From the NCBI RefSeq assembly GCF_009914755.1, contig NC_060945.1: 64,000 nt of DNA; one strand, written 5' to 3'. The notes beneath the pieces were generated by a model. The model had not been told where the DNA came from and did not search any database. It saw only the letters and a list, made by a program, of their open reading frames with translations. The stretch comes from the human T2T-CHM13v2.0 reference genome, Homo sapiens. This document shows, in pieces, positions 12,861 through 29,620 of this stretch. The first letter of the stretch is position 1; each line of letters starts with the position of its first letter. Both the position numbers and the translations under genes were made by a program.

Positions 12861-13146
12861 TATAGTTTTTATTGTAGAGACCTTTCACCTCCTTGGTCAA
12901 ATTCATTCATCGGTATTTTGTTGGTTTTATAGCTATTGTAAATGGGATTCTGTTCTTGATTTCTTTTTTTAGAAAATTCGTTGTTGGCATATAGAAACAT
13001 TACGGATTTTTGTGTTTATTATGTATACAGCAACTTTACTGAATTTGTTTATTAGTTCCAGTAGTTTTTTGGTTGATTCTATAGGTTTTTTTATAATTAA
13101 GATCATGTCTTCTGCAAACAGAGACAACTTGACTCTCAATTTGACA

Positions 13147-13344
13147 ATTGAGGAGCATGTCATTTAATTTCCATGTAGTTGTACAGTTTCCAAAGTTCCT
13201 AATGTTATTGATATCTAGATTTTTTTCCCTTGTGGTCAGAAAAGATACTTGATATGATTTTGATTTTTAAAAATTTGTGAAGACTTTTTTGTGGTCTAAC
13301 ATATGATCTGTCCTCGAGAATGAGAGTATTTCATTTGCTGTTGA
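13147..13344 (+). repeat. Dispersed local duplication (copy of 14660-14858)
   Basis: Direct comparison shows about 4 substitutions and 1 indel in about 199 bp. Confidence 0.95.
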
Positions 13345-15373
13345 TTCTTCTTTTGTTTTTTTCTTCTTCCGTTCATTCTTTTCACCTTTTTAGTTTTCTT
13401 GCCTAATTGCTCTAGCTAAGACTACTAGTACTACATTGAATAGAAGTGGTGAAAACGAACATCCTTGTCTTGTTCCAGAATTTAGAAGTAAAGCTTTTAA
13501 CATGTTTCCAGTCAGTAAGATGTTAGCTCTGGGTCTTTCCATATATGGCCTTATAGTGTTGAGGTACATTCCTTCTGTAACTAATTTGTTTAGGGTTTTT
13601 CTCATAAAGGAATGCTAAATTTTATTGAATGCTTTTTCTTTGTCTATTGGGATGATCATTTGGTTTACTTCCTTCATTCTGTTGATGTGATATATCACAT
13701 TTATTTGATTTTCATACGTTTGAACATTCTTGCATCCCTGAGTTGAATCCTATTTGATCATGGTGAATGATCTTTTCAATGTGCTGTTGGATTCAGTTTG
13801 ATAATATTTTGTTGATGATTTTTAAATTCATTTTCAACAGGAATATTGACCTGTAGTTTTCTTTTTTTTTTCTTGTGTCCTTGTCAGATTTTGGTATCAG
13901 AGTAATAATGGCCTTGGAGGATGAATTTGGAAGAATTCTCTCCAATTTTTCATCATGGTTTGAGAAGAATTGGCATTTGTTCTTTAAATATTGGTAGAAT
14001 TTGGCAATGAAATCATTCAAACCTGGGCTTTTATTTGATGGGAGGCATTTTATTACTAATTCAATTTAGTTACTTGTTATTGGTCTGTTCAGGCTTTCTA
14101 TTTCTTTGTGATTCAATCTCAGTAGTTTGTATGTGTCCAGGAAATTGTCCATTTATGTCAGGTTCTCCAATTTGTTGATGGTTAGTTGTTCATAATTGTC
14201 TCTAATGATCTTCTGAATTTCTGTAGTATTGGTTGTGATGCCTCCTGTTTCATCTCTTATTTTATTTATTCAAGTAGCCTTTTTCCTTAATTGGCATAGC
14301 TAAGGGTTTGTCAATTTTGTTAAAAAAGCAACTACTCATTTTATTGATCTTTTGTATTTTTTTAGTCTCTATTTTGTTTATTTCTGGTCTAATCTTTATT
14401 ATTTCTTTCCTTCTATTTTTGAAGTTAGTTTGTTCTGGCTTTTCTAGTATTTTGAGATGAAACATTATGTTATTTGAAATATTTCTACATTTTGATGTAG
14501 GCATTCATTGCTAAAAACTTTCTTCTTAGAACTGTTTTTGCTGTATCTGATACATTTGTGATATATTGTGTTTCCATTTTCATTTGACTCAAGAATTTTT
14601 TTAATTAAAAATAAAATAAAATGTCTTAATTAAAAAATTTTTAAATTAACACACTAGTTATTGAGGAGCTTGTCATTTAATTTCCATGTAGTTGTACAGT
14701 TTCCAAAGTCCCTAATGTTATTGATATCTAGATTTTTTTCCCTTGTGGTCAGAAAAGATACTTGATATGATTTTGATTTTTAAAAATTTGTGAAGACTTG
14801 TTTTGTGGTCTAACATATGATCCGTCCTCGAGAATGAGAGTATTCCATTTGCTGTTGAGAAGAAGGTGTATTCTGTGGCTGTTGGATGGAACACTCTATA
14901 AATGTCTGTTAGGTCCATTTGGACTAGAGTGTGGTTTAACTGTACTGTTTTCTTGTTCAATTTTTGTCTAGATCACCTGTCCATTGCTGGATTTAGGTTG
15001 TTGAAGTTCACTACAATTATAGTATTACAGTCCTTATCTCCTTTTAGGTCTGTTAACATTTGCTTTATATATTTATTCTTCAACATAAGAAAACATTTTA
15101 TATTGGGTGAATATAAAATTGTTATATCCTCTTGCTGTATTTACCCCTTTATAATTATATTATGGCCTTCATTGTTTCTTTTCACAGTTTTTGTTTAAGG
15201 TCTCTTTTTTTCTGATGTAAGTATAGCTGCTCCCACTTTCTTATGGTTTTCATTTGCATAGAATATCTTTTTTTCTATTCCTTCACTTTCAATCTATGTA
15301 TCCTTACAGGTGAAGTGAGTCTCTTAGGGACAGCATATAATTGGGTATTGTTTTCTTCTCCATTCAGCCCCTC

Positions 15374-15775
15374 TGCTATAGTTTGGATACTTGACCCTCC
15401 AAAAATCATGTTGAAATTTGATCCCTAATGTTAGAGTGGAGCCTACTGGGAGGTGTTTGGGTCATGGAGGTGAAATGCCTTCCCTGGCATTGGGGTGTGT
15501 ATGAGTTCTCATTCTGTGAATTCCCATAAGGGGTGGTTGTTAAAAAGAGCCTGGTACCTCCCCTTTCCCTCACTTTGCTCTTGCTGTGTGATGTCTGCAC
15601 ATGCTAGCTCCCATTTGCCTTCTGCCATGAGTGGAAGCAGTTTGAGGCCCTCATCAGAAGCAGATATCGACCCTATGCTTCTTGTACAGGCTGCAGAACA
15701 GTGAGCCAAATAATCCTCTTTTAAAATTACCTACCCTAAAGTATTGCTTTATAGCAACAAAAACAAACTAAGACA
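15374..15775 (+). mobile_element. MSTB-like MaLR solo LTR inserted in L1
   Basis: TGCTATAGTTTGGATA...CTTTATAGCAACAAAAACAAACTAAGACA, TG...CA termini. Confidence 0.85.
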
Positions 15776-17462
15776 TCTTCTATCTCTGTTAATTGGAGAT
15801 TTACTTTGAATGCAAAGCCAATTTACATTCAAGGGAATTATTGATAGGCAAAGTCTAACTACTGCCACTTTGTTACTTATTTTCTAATTGTTTTGTAGGC
15901 TCCTTTTTTCTTTCTTCCTCTCTTACAGTCTTCTTTTGAGGTTAAGTGATTTTCACTAGTTGTATGTTTTGATTCCTTGCTTTTTTATTTTTAGTGTATC
16001 TTTTATAGGTTTTTGCTTTGTGGTTACTGTGAGGCTTTCAAATGCCAAGCTATAGTTATGGCAAGTTACTTTAAAATGATAACAACTTAACTACAATTGC
16101 AAAGAAAAAAAAGGAATAAAAAAAGCTGTACATTTTAACTACATTCTCATCCCAAATTTTGAATTTTTATTATCATAATTTCAATTTTTATATTGCCTGT
16201 TTCTTAATGAATTATTATAATTATTAATTTTGATAATTTTGTCTTATAGTTTTATACTAAAGATATGTGTTTTCAGAATCATAAGTTATCTATTATTGCA
16301 GTATTTGAATAACAATCATGGTACCATCAATTTCCTTTGGTTTGTAGAACTCTCTGTAGCATTTTTCATAGGACAGGTCTGGTAGCAATAAGTTTCCTCA
16401 GTTTTTGTTTGTCTGGGAATGTCTTTATTTCTCCTTCATTTTTGAAGCTTACTAGGTAAAATATTTTTGGTTGACAGTTGTTTTTATTCAGCATTCTGAA
16501 TATATTATCGTATTATCTTCTGGCCTGCAAGATTTCTGCTGAGAAGTCTTCTGCCTGGCATATTAGATCTCCATTATATGCTATTTGCTTCTTTTTTCTC
16601 ACTGCTTTCAGGAATCTTTTTTTGTTTAGACCTTTGAGAGTTTGATTATAATGTATCTTAGAGTATTCTTATTTGGGTTGAATCTAATTAGTGACCTATG
16701 ATCTTCCTAACCTGAATAATTTTATCCTTCTACAGATTTGGGAAATTTTGTGCTATTATTTCTTTGATTTATCATTCCACCCCTTTGTCTTTCTCATTTT
16801 CCTTTTTAACTTAATTAACCCAAATATTTGCTCTTTTGATGTAGTTCCATAGATCCTATATGCTTTCTGTGTTCCGTTTTGTTTTTTTCTCTTTTATTGT
16901 CTATGTATTTTCAAATATGCTTTCTTTGAGCTTACTGACTCTTTCTTCTGTTTGATCAATTCTGCTGTTCATGGTCTTTATTACATTTTTCATTTTATTC
17001 ATTGTATTTTTGGCTCCAGGATTTCTGTTTGGTGTTTTTATTATTTTAATCTCTCTGTTAAGTTTATGTTAAATTTCTGATTTTTTTGTTTTACTGAATT
17101 TTGCTGAGCTTCCTTAAAACAGCTATTTTGAATTCCTTGCATAAGAGATCGCACATCTCCATCACTGTAGGGTCTGTTATTGGTGTTTTATTTTGTCATT
17201 TTGATGAGGTTACATTTTCCTAAATGGTCTTGTTGCTTATGGATGTGTGATGATATCTGCCCATTGAAGATTGTGTTATGTTTCCTGAGTTCGTAACCAC
17301 TGCAGCTATCTCAACACTAGAGGATGCTCTAAGCCCAGATTTGCCATGAGTCGCATGAGGATGCCAAGGATGTGGTGACTCTGGCAGGGATGAATCCGAG
17401 GAAGGTCCAAGAAGGTACCCAGGCTGTGAGGGAAAGCTAACCAGGAACCAGAAGACGAAGAG

Positions 17463-17568
17463 ATGCCTTCCAGCAGATCCCTACACACGCAGGATAGGTT
17501 TTTGACTGTAGCCTAAATAAGCATGCCTTCCAGCAGATCCACATGCAGGATAGGTTTTTTACTGTAGC
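17463..17568. repeat. Near-tandem duplication of about 50 bp
   Basis: ATGCCTTCCAGCAGATCC...GCAGGATAGGTTTTT.ACTGTAGC at 17463 and 17523. Confidence 0.9.
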
Positions 17569-18247
17569 GAGAGGAGCTGGAGCTGAGACTGGGTCCCCTT
17601 GGGATCTCCTGTGGAAGGGTGGGAGGTGAGCTCATTTTGTTATCTCAGAGAGGCATGTCTTGAATTTTTGTTAATTGGCTTCCTTTTTACTCTCTCTAGC
17701 CTTTTCTTGTAGAAATCATACTGTATGAATGTTGGGCTCTTGGGAATTTTTCTCTGTCTCTTGATGGTTTATTTTCTGTTTTGAAACTGTATTTATTTTC
17801 TATGTGTTCTGGGAAAATTCTCCCATCTTCTCTTCCAACTCACTGATTTTCTTTTCAGCAGTGGATATTTGGACTATATATTAAGTTTTTTTTTTAATTT
17901 TAGCAAATATACTTTGCTCTTTTTTCATAACCTTCTATGATACTTCCTACATAAAATATCGCCTGCATCACTTTGAGGATAATTATCTTTTCTGGTTACT
18001 TAACTATCAATACCTTTTGTGTGTTTTTTTTTTTCTCAGGGTGTTGCTTTTCATCAAAACTCATCTATGAACTGAGAATTTCTGCTGAACTGTCAGCAGC
18101 CAGCCTCAGAGGAAAGGTGGAATCACCTGCCAAGGGCTTATACTTCATATTGTTTTTAGTTAGAGTAAAGGGATGGGAGTAATGTCTCAGCAACTGGTTT
18201 TCTGACTCTAATTTCTTTTCTCTTTTTTTTTTGGACATGAAAATGGG

Positions 18248-21503
<3,256 letters not shown>

Positions 21504-21814
21504 TCATCTGGGTTAACACTATGTTCCTTTGGCCCAAACACAATGTCCAATCCTGGAGACAAAGCCTACTGACATTACAGGGACATGACACACAAGGGTG
21601 TATGGTTGCAGAGTCAGCCAATGTGGATGCTCTCCTTGTAGTAACAAAGTAATCTTGTCAATTGAACCATGTTCTGCATAATAGTGAGAAGATTGCTGTT
21701 AGCATTTAACAATGTATTTAGAACATATTTCTAGGTGTTTTTTTCTGTGACTGCACAATATTCCATTCTATACCTGTATTATGATGTGTGTAATTACTCC
21801 CTGGTAGTTTTCAA

Positions 21815-22112
21815 TTTTTTTTTTTTTCGAGATGGAGTTTCACCCTTTCACCCAGGCTAGAGTGAAGTGACACAATCTCAGCTCACTGCAGCCTCTGCCT
21901 CCTAGGTTCAAGCAATTCTCCTGCCTCTGCTTCCTGAGTAGCTGGGATTATAGGCACCCGCCGCCATGTCTGGCTAATTTTTGTATTTTTTTAGTAGAGA
22001 TGGGGTTTCAGCATTTTGGCAAGGCTGGTCTTCAACTCCTGACCTCTGGTGATCCACCTGCCTTGGGCTCCCAAAGTGCTAGGATTACAGGCGTGAGCCA
22101 CTGCGTCAGGCC
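21815..22112 (-). mobile_element. AluS, full length, sitting in the tail of an older Alu monomer
   Basis: Complete dimer; the composite with the next element is flanked by CCCTGGTA at 21799 and 22243. Confidence 0.92.
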
Positions 22113-22118
22113 AAAAAG

Positions 22119-22243
22119 TTTTTTTTAGTAGAGATGGGGTCTCATTGTCTTGTCCAGGCTGATCTTGAAATCACCTCAAGCATGCCTTTCAGTTTGGCCT
22201 CCCAAAGTGCTGGGATTATAGTTCTGAGCCATTGCACCCAGCC
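22119..22243 (-). mobile_element. FLAM/AluJ left monomer
   Basis: TTTTAGTAGAGATGGGGTCTC...CCCAAAGTGCTGGGATTA...CCCAGCC. Confidence 0.8.
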
Positions 22244-22249
22244 CCTGGT

Positions 22250-23785
<1,536 letters not shown>

Positions 23786-23786
23786 C

Positions 23787-24099
23787 TTTATTATTATTAT
23801 TATTGTTATTATTTTGAGATGGAGTCTTGCTCTGTTGCCCAGGCTGGAGTGCAGTGGCACAATCTCGGCTCACTGCAACCTCTGCCTCCAGGGTTCGAGC
23901 AATTCTCCCTGCCTCAGCCTCCCGAGTAGCTGAGATGACAGACGCCTGTCACCACACCTGGCTAAATTTTTGTATATTTAGTAGAGATGAGGTTCTGCCA
24001 TGTTGGCCAGACTGGTCTTGAACTCCTGACCTCAGGTGATCCACCCACCTCAGCCTCCCAAATTGCTGGGATTACAGGTGTGAGCTACCACTCTTGGGC
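23787..24099 (-). mobile_element. AluSx-type with (TTA)n tail
   Basis: Full dimer; tail decayed to (TTA)n. Confidence 0.92.
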
Positions 24100-25809
24100 A
24101 TCTTTTTTATTATATTAGAAACATTTTTTAAAAATATTAGAAATATCTGACACATTTTATGGAGAGGGAGTAGTAGTAATCCTACATCATCTGAGAAAGT
24201 ACATTTGGTCTGATCTGGATTCTTTCTCTGTGTGTCTTCTATTTCTCTTGTCCCATGTGGTCATCAATGGGATGTATGCTATTTACTTTTTTATTTTTTA
24301 TTTTATGTTTATGTCTTTAACCAGAGCGCATAAAGTGTGGAATCTTTCTCAACTGGTTTCCTTTGGAAGACTTGATTTTGTTCAAAATTTCACCAAATCC
24401 TGTCTGTGGACATGTAGTGCTTTCACGCCCTTCTTTCATGTACCTTTTTCCCACCCAGATTTATGTTCTCTTTGGCAACGCTGTTCTCTGTGGTGGCAGC
24501 AAACTCAGTGCAGTGAGGGAGGGGGAAATTTTATATCTTCTTTGTTAGTAATAAATACTTTCTGCCTGTAGTCCAAAATAAGAATAAATTACCCACTGTG
24601 CAGAAACATGGAAGTCATGATATTCTCAATAAAGCACCATTAAACAGTCCCCTGGCAGTCATGGTTTGGGGTGTTACTGTTTACAATACCGTGGGGGTTA
24701 CGTTTCCATTAGATTTTGAATAATTTAGCAATAAAATACAAATTGTTTATTCCATAATGTCTAACTTTATTTTGCACTGTTTACACTTTAGCATTTTACT
24801 AGTGTTGAGGGATGGCATCCAGGATATTTGCATCTTTACTTCTGACATTTATGTAAAAAAAGAAAGAATGGAGGAGACTTTGGGTTATCAAGCAAGTTGG
24901 CAATGTGGATGATTATAGTTATGGCTCTCAAGTTAATTCTTAAAAATTAGACCTTTCCACAATCAAATAAAACTGGATAATTGACATGTCTCTGAGTATT
25001 TTCCGTTCTAACAATATGTGGTACCAGTAAGAACTTTAATGCACGATATTTTATCCTTTGCTTGCTATGTAAGATGTCTCTAAATTTACTATTTACCTTC
25101 CTTTGGCCTTTTACCATGCTAGTTGTTTTATTTTTCTCATAACTAAGATTGCCTCATTCTCACAAACCTCCTTTATTTGGTAAACTTTTAAATTTGGTTG
25201 CCACTCTCTGGATTTCTTTCCATTTCTTGATGTACTTTGATGAAGAAAACTCAAAACCTGAATTCTTATGGCTTTTAAAATGCCAAGTAGGGCAAAAAAA
25301 ATTACCTCCCTTGTTTTTACATGTGATACTGTTATTAACAACTCTTCAACTTAGTGTGTATTTTTTGGGCAAGAATACTTAGTGTTGACTAATCATTTCT
25401 ATTTCCGTTTCTTTCCTTATAATCTTGAGGGCAATGCATAAAAAAAACAGAAAATAAAATTTAAAGCATGCAGCAGAGATGGAGGGGATCACAGGAAGGT
25501 GGTATTTTGGCTTTTCAAAATTAGCTTACCATCTGTGATATTTGCTAGGCAAATAAAGTTTGGGTATTAAATCAACAATATATTGACAATTATATAAAAT
25601 CTGAATGCCACCTTGCATCTACTATACTTTAGTAATGATGTAAATAGTATCACATTAAACATTCTTTTTGCCGATGCTATTATAATTTTACTTAGTTCCT
25701 GTAGTTCTTCAGCTTTTAGTTTTACACTTCCAACTAATCATCTCATTTTATCATTTTACTTTTATTCTAGATACAAGTCCATACTTACTGACCGTAAGTA
25801 TGAATTCAA

Positions 25810-26040
25810 GGGTATTTCATAGCATTTTACAGATTGTAAAGAGATTTCAGGTACATAATCTCACTTGATCCTACAGCCTTATAGCGTGGCCAGAAAATAA
25901 ATTCTTAGCTCCGCTTTACAGATGGAAATGGAGGCTCAGACGACTTCTCAGGCTGTCTAATGGATTAGCAAATGTGGCTAACACATGGATACCCATTAGT
26001 AGAACCTGGGCCAACAAACAGTTCTTTTGACCCCTGGTCT
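25810..26040 (-). mobile_element. MIR
   Basis: CGCTTTACAGATGGAAATGGAGGCTCAGA core. Confidence 0.6.
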
Positions 26041-26559
26041 TTGCTTGTTCCAATACACATCTTCACAGAAAAGTTTGGTTATAATTTAGCTCTAGGTTTC
26101 ATCACTGAGGTCAGACTATGCCACAGCATGTTGATGGAAGTACTTAAGAGTAGATGGAATGAAAATGGAAAACATAAGAAGGAAGGAAGAAAGAAAGTAA
26201 GTCGAGGAAGGAGATAAAGAGAGCAGAGTCTCATGCAATTGCCTGTGGGTCAGTGGTACCACTGTCACAGGTCACCAATCCAAATTTAATAATTAAATAT
26301 AACTGAGCCGTTTATTATTTAATGTGTAAAAGATGCCAGTAGGAGGATATATGGGTATCTGTTACTTGTGTAACTAATATTCCCAATTCGTGTGTGTGAT
26401 TTATGTTTGTTATAGTAAGAAAATTAACCAACAAAATCTTTAAGCCCTGGACCTCCGAAATCACATGTATTCCTTTCTCAGGAAGAGGCAGAAGAGCCTC
26501 ACACACTCACCTCACTGCCACTGTGAGAGCTGCTTCCTGTCCTGGGACTAGCCTGGGTG

Positions 26560-26642
26560 TTGTTCCTCCTGAATTCAACCAATCCTCCCACCTCAGCCTC
26601 CCATAGTGTTGGGATTACAGGCGTGAGCCACTGCACCTAGCC
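26560..26642 (-). mobile_element. Alu/FLAM 5' fragment
   Basis: ATCCTCCCACCTCAGCCTCCCATAGTGTTGGGATTACAGGCGTGAGCCACTGCACCTAGCC. Confidence 0.85.
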
Positions 26643-28299
26643 AACACATATTTTTGAAACATGGTCTGTGACAGTCACAAAGTATGTAGAAATGAATAGG
26701 TATTTGTTTGAGGGAAGGCAGATGCTTATAATATATTTTGATAAAGGGACATTTAGTTGTATAAATAAGAAATCTTGCTTGGGAGGCCATCATCGCCCTA
26801 ATAGGAGGATTACTCATTTATCCACATTTGGCCTCTCAACCCCTTTCCTATTTTAGAAGGTGGCGTGAGAGTCCATTCTTGGAGTGACAGACAGCCAATG
26901 GCATTAAAGGTATTAAATACTTTACCCTGTTATGTTGTGGACTGGCAGGGGACCACTTTACTAGTTGGTAGGAAAACCCACTAGCACAAAAACTATTTTT
27001 AGTAGCAAATGTGCATTAAATGCTGTCATGCAATTAGACATCCTTGCAGATCAGGGACACAGTTAAGTAGACAGAAAAGTTAGTGGGATAATATTGTGGT
27101 ATTGAACTACACCAGGGATAATAGCATTGATTCACCCCAAAAGGATATTGTAAATAATAACCAATTAATTGTTGCAGAAATTTTGAAAGTAAATCAATGA
27201 AAATCAGGGAGACAGATTGGGCAAGTCAATGATTTTGTTCAGTTTTTTCGAAAATCCTCCTGAGTCCTCTGTGGTCAGGGTTAATGACATATTTGCAGTT
27301 CTGCCTATTAGAGGCCTTGAGAAATTTTATCTTGTTGTTGTGACCTGAGTGCAGACTCTTCTGAAGTACCTATGCTTTCTTCTTTGCTCATTACTGAAAC
27401 CTGAAAACAACAAGGCTGACAGTAGAAAAACACCTCTAGAAACCTCAGGGGAAAAATTATCCTTCAGTGTTTATTTTGCCTGAGGAAACAACCAGAAGTC
27501 TCTGATGATGAAGTGAAGGTCCATCATTTTGGAAAAGTGTCCAGGAAAGATGTGTTTTTCTGTCTCCTGCATTGCAGTCTTGCCATTCGCCTTTTCCTTT
27601 TCTCAAAATGCAAATAGCATGCATTGGCTTCTCTGACCCTCCGTCTTTCCTGTCATTCCTACAGTTATGTTGAGAAAATGACATCTTTACACAAGGTCAA
27701 GTATTTGCCATGTTAGAAACAATATTTTTTCCCAAGAATTCTGTTTTCAAGATACACAGGTAAGAAGTTAGTTTACTTAAATCCTTCAATCAACTTTTAT
27801 TTATTTGAACCATAAATAATGTACCCACTTTATAGAAATTTTGGATGAGTTACATGGAGGTTAGCGTTTAATGAAAGTTTTATCCTTCTTTACTCTGTCA
27901 TCTCTTTGAGTCCCTGGTGGTGTTCAATAGCCTAAGCATTCCTCCTGCTTGAGGTTGTTTTTAAGATATGGTAAAGTTATGAGGCAGTCATTGCAAACAG
28001 ATGAAAAATGACAGCAGCTTTAAGGACATGTGTGCACCTAAGGGAAGATTTTGAAGGTTTAAAATTAGCCAAAGATTACTCCTCAATTTTCTTCAACTCC
28101 CAACCAATATAAAGATACTCACTTTCTAAATAGACTAGCTGAAAATAATTTTAAAATGCTTATTATTGTACTAATTCATAATAAGAACAGCTTACATACA
28201 CTGGGTGCTTCCTGTGTGCATCTGATATGCATTATCTTATTTAATGCTCACCATGAGTGTGTATAGTAGATCTTTTAATAATCCCCCACTTTACTGGTA

Positions 28300-29620
28300 A
28301 ATTGGCTATCCCTTCACCTCACCCTTACATCATCACCAGTCCTATTGATTTGATTCTATCTCCAGTATACAACTCAAACAAGCCACTGAGCTCAAATCCA
28401 GGGGCAATGTGCTAATTTAAGTCACTATTATCTCTCACTTAGCCTGCTGCAATAGCAATTTTATTTTCCATTCTGACTCCCATCCAATTCTCTTAGTAGC
28501 CAGAATTACCTTTTAAAAATGCATATTGAGTCATGTGGCTCCTCCACAAAAAATTCTGGTCTGCAAAATTCTGCAGGCATTGACCCACCATGCCCTGCCT
28601 GTTCTGACCCTGCTGCTTACTTCTCCATTCTTACCTTTTACAGCCTCTTCTTGCTCACCCCATTCCAGGCTCATGGTAGTCTTTCCCTTCTAGAGCATGC
28701 ATTCTTGTCTTCACATGTGCTGTTTGTACCCAGGCTGCCTGAAGTACTCCCCCAGAATTTGCCTGGCTACTCTAAGTCCTTATTAGTTCTCTGATAAAAG
28801 ACTGCTCCTCAACGTTTCCCCAACTTAGCCATCTAAACGAGGTTGATTTGCTCTATGCTCTCATACAGTGTTCATATCTATATATTTGTATCTCTATGTC
28901 ATAAATTCTGTTGTTTTATCTACACAGGCAGATTTTTGTCTTGCCAATTAGTATGCAGGAAGACATTTAATGATTTTTTCACTGTAAGTCAAAAATCCTT
29001 TAAGATTTCATTAATAATTTTTGGAGGTGCTTTTTAAGAGTTGGTGACCAAAAGAAGCCAACGTAGCATAGTATGCTAACATTTTATTCTAAAATCCTGG
29101 TTTGCAGTGTTCTGTGGGAGCTTTTTCTGAAACCTCTGCCTTTCCCTACCCAAGTCTTAAGGCCACCCATACCTTGACTCCACCACCAATCAGGATCTAG
29201 CCAATACAGCAGGTGCAGGACTTCCCTTCCGAAATTACCACTCCCAACTCCCTGGGGCAGTAACACTTAACTTCCTCCGTCCAAAATGCATAGCAATTCT
29301 ACCTGGTCCAGCTTCTAGCTACAAACCCACACCCATTACAACTTGATCTACACAAAACAATCCAGCCACCAAAAACTGTTTAAAAAGCTGTGGAATATGT
29401 GTAACTTAGGATCTATTTTCTATCAGTATATCAAAGAGATATCTGCACTCCTATGTTATGTTTATTTCTGTGATCAATTATTCAATGAACGTCTTCTCAC
29501 TAGACTAAACTCTATAATAGCAGAAAACATTATTATCATGTTTGTAGTTATACCTCCTAACCCTAGCACAGTGCCTGGATCATGAAAAGCAATCAGTACA
29601 CAGTTCTCGAATGAATGCAA
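28300..29620 (+). mobile_element. L2 fragments (3' part), interrupted
   Basis: L2-like pyrimidine-rich body; ends CCTAGCACAGTGCCTGG...GAATGAATG. Confidence 0.6.

Larger units (their letters stand above)
11223..17660 (-). mobile_element. Near full-length degraded L1 (L1MA-type): 3' UTR, ORF2, ORF1 and 5' UTR region, with nested AluJ, MSTB and a local templated duplication
   Basis: L1MA 3' UTR at 11.2-11.9 kb; ORF2 peptides in the ORF track (LSLFAEDMI; [14 protein letters not shown]; endonuclease DIYRVFHPTATEYTFFS...DHMLDHK...IFSDH). Confidence 0.9.
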
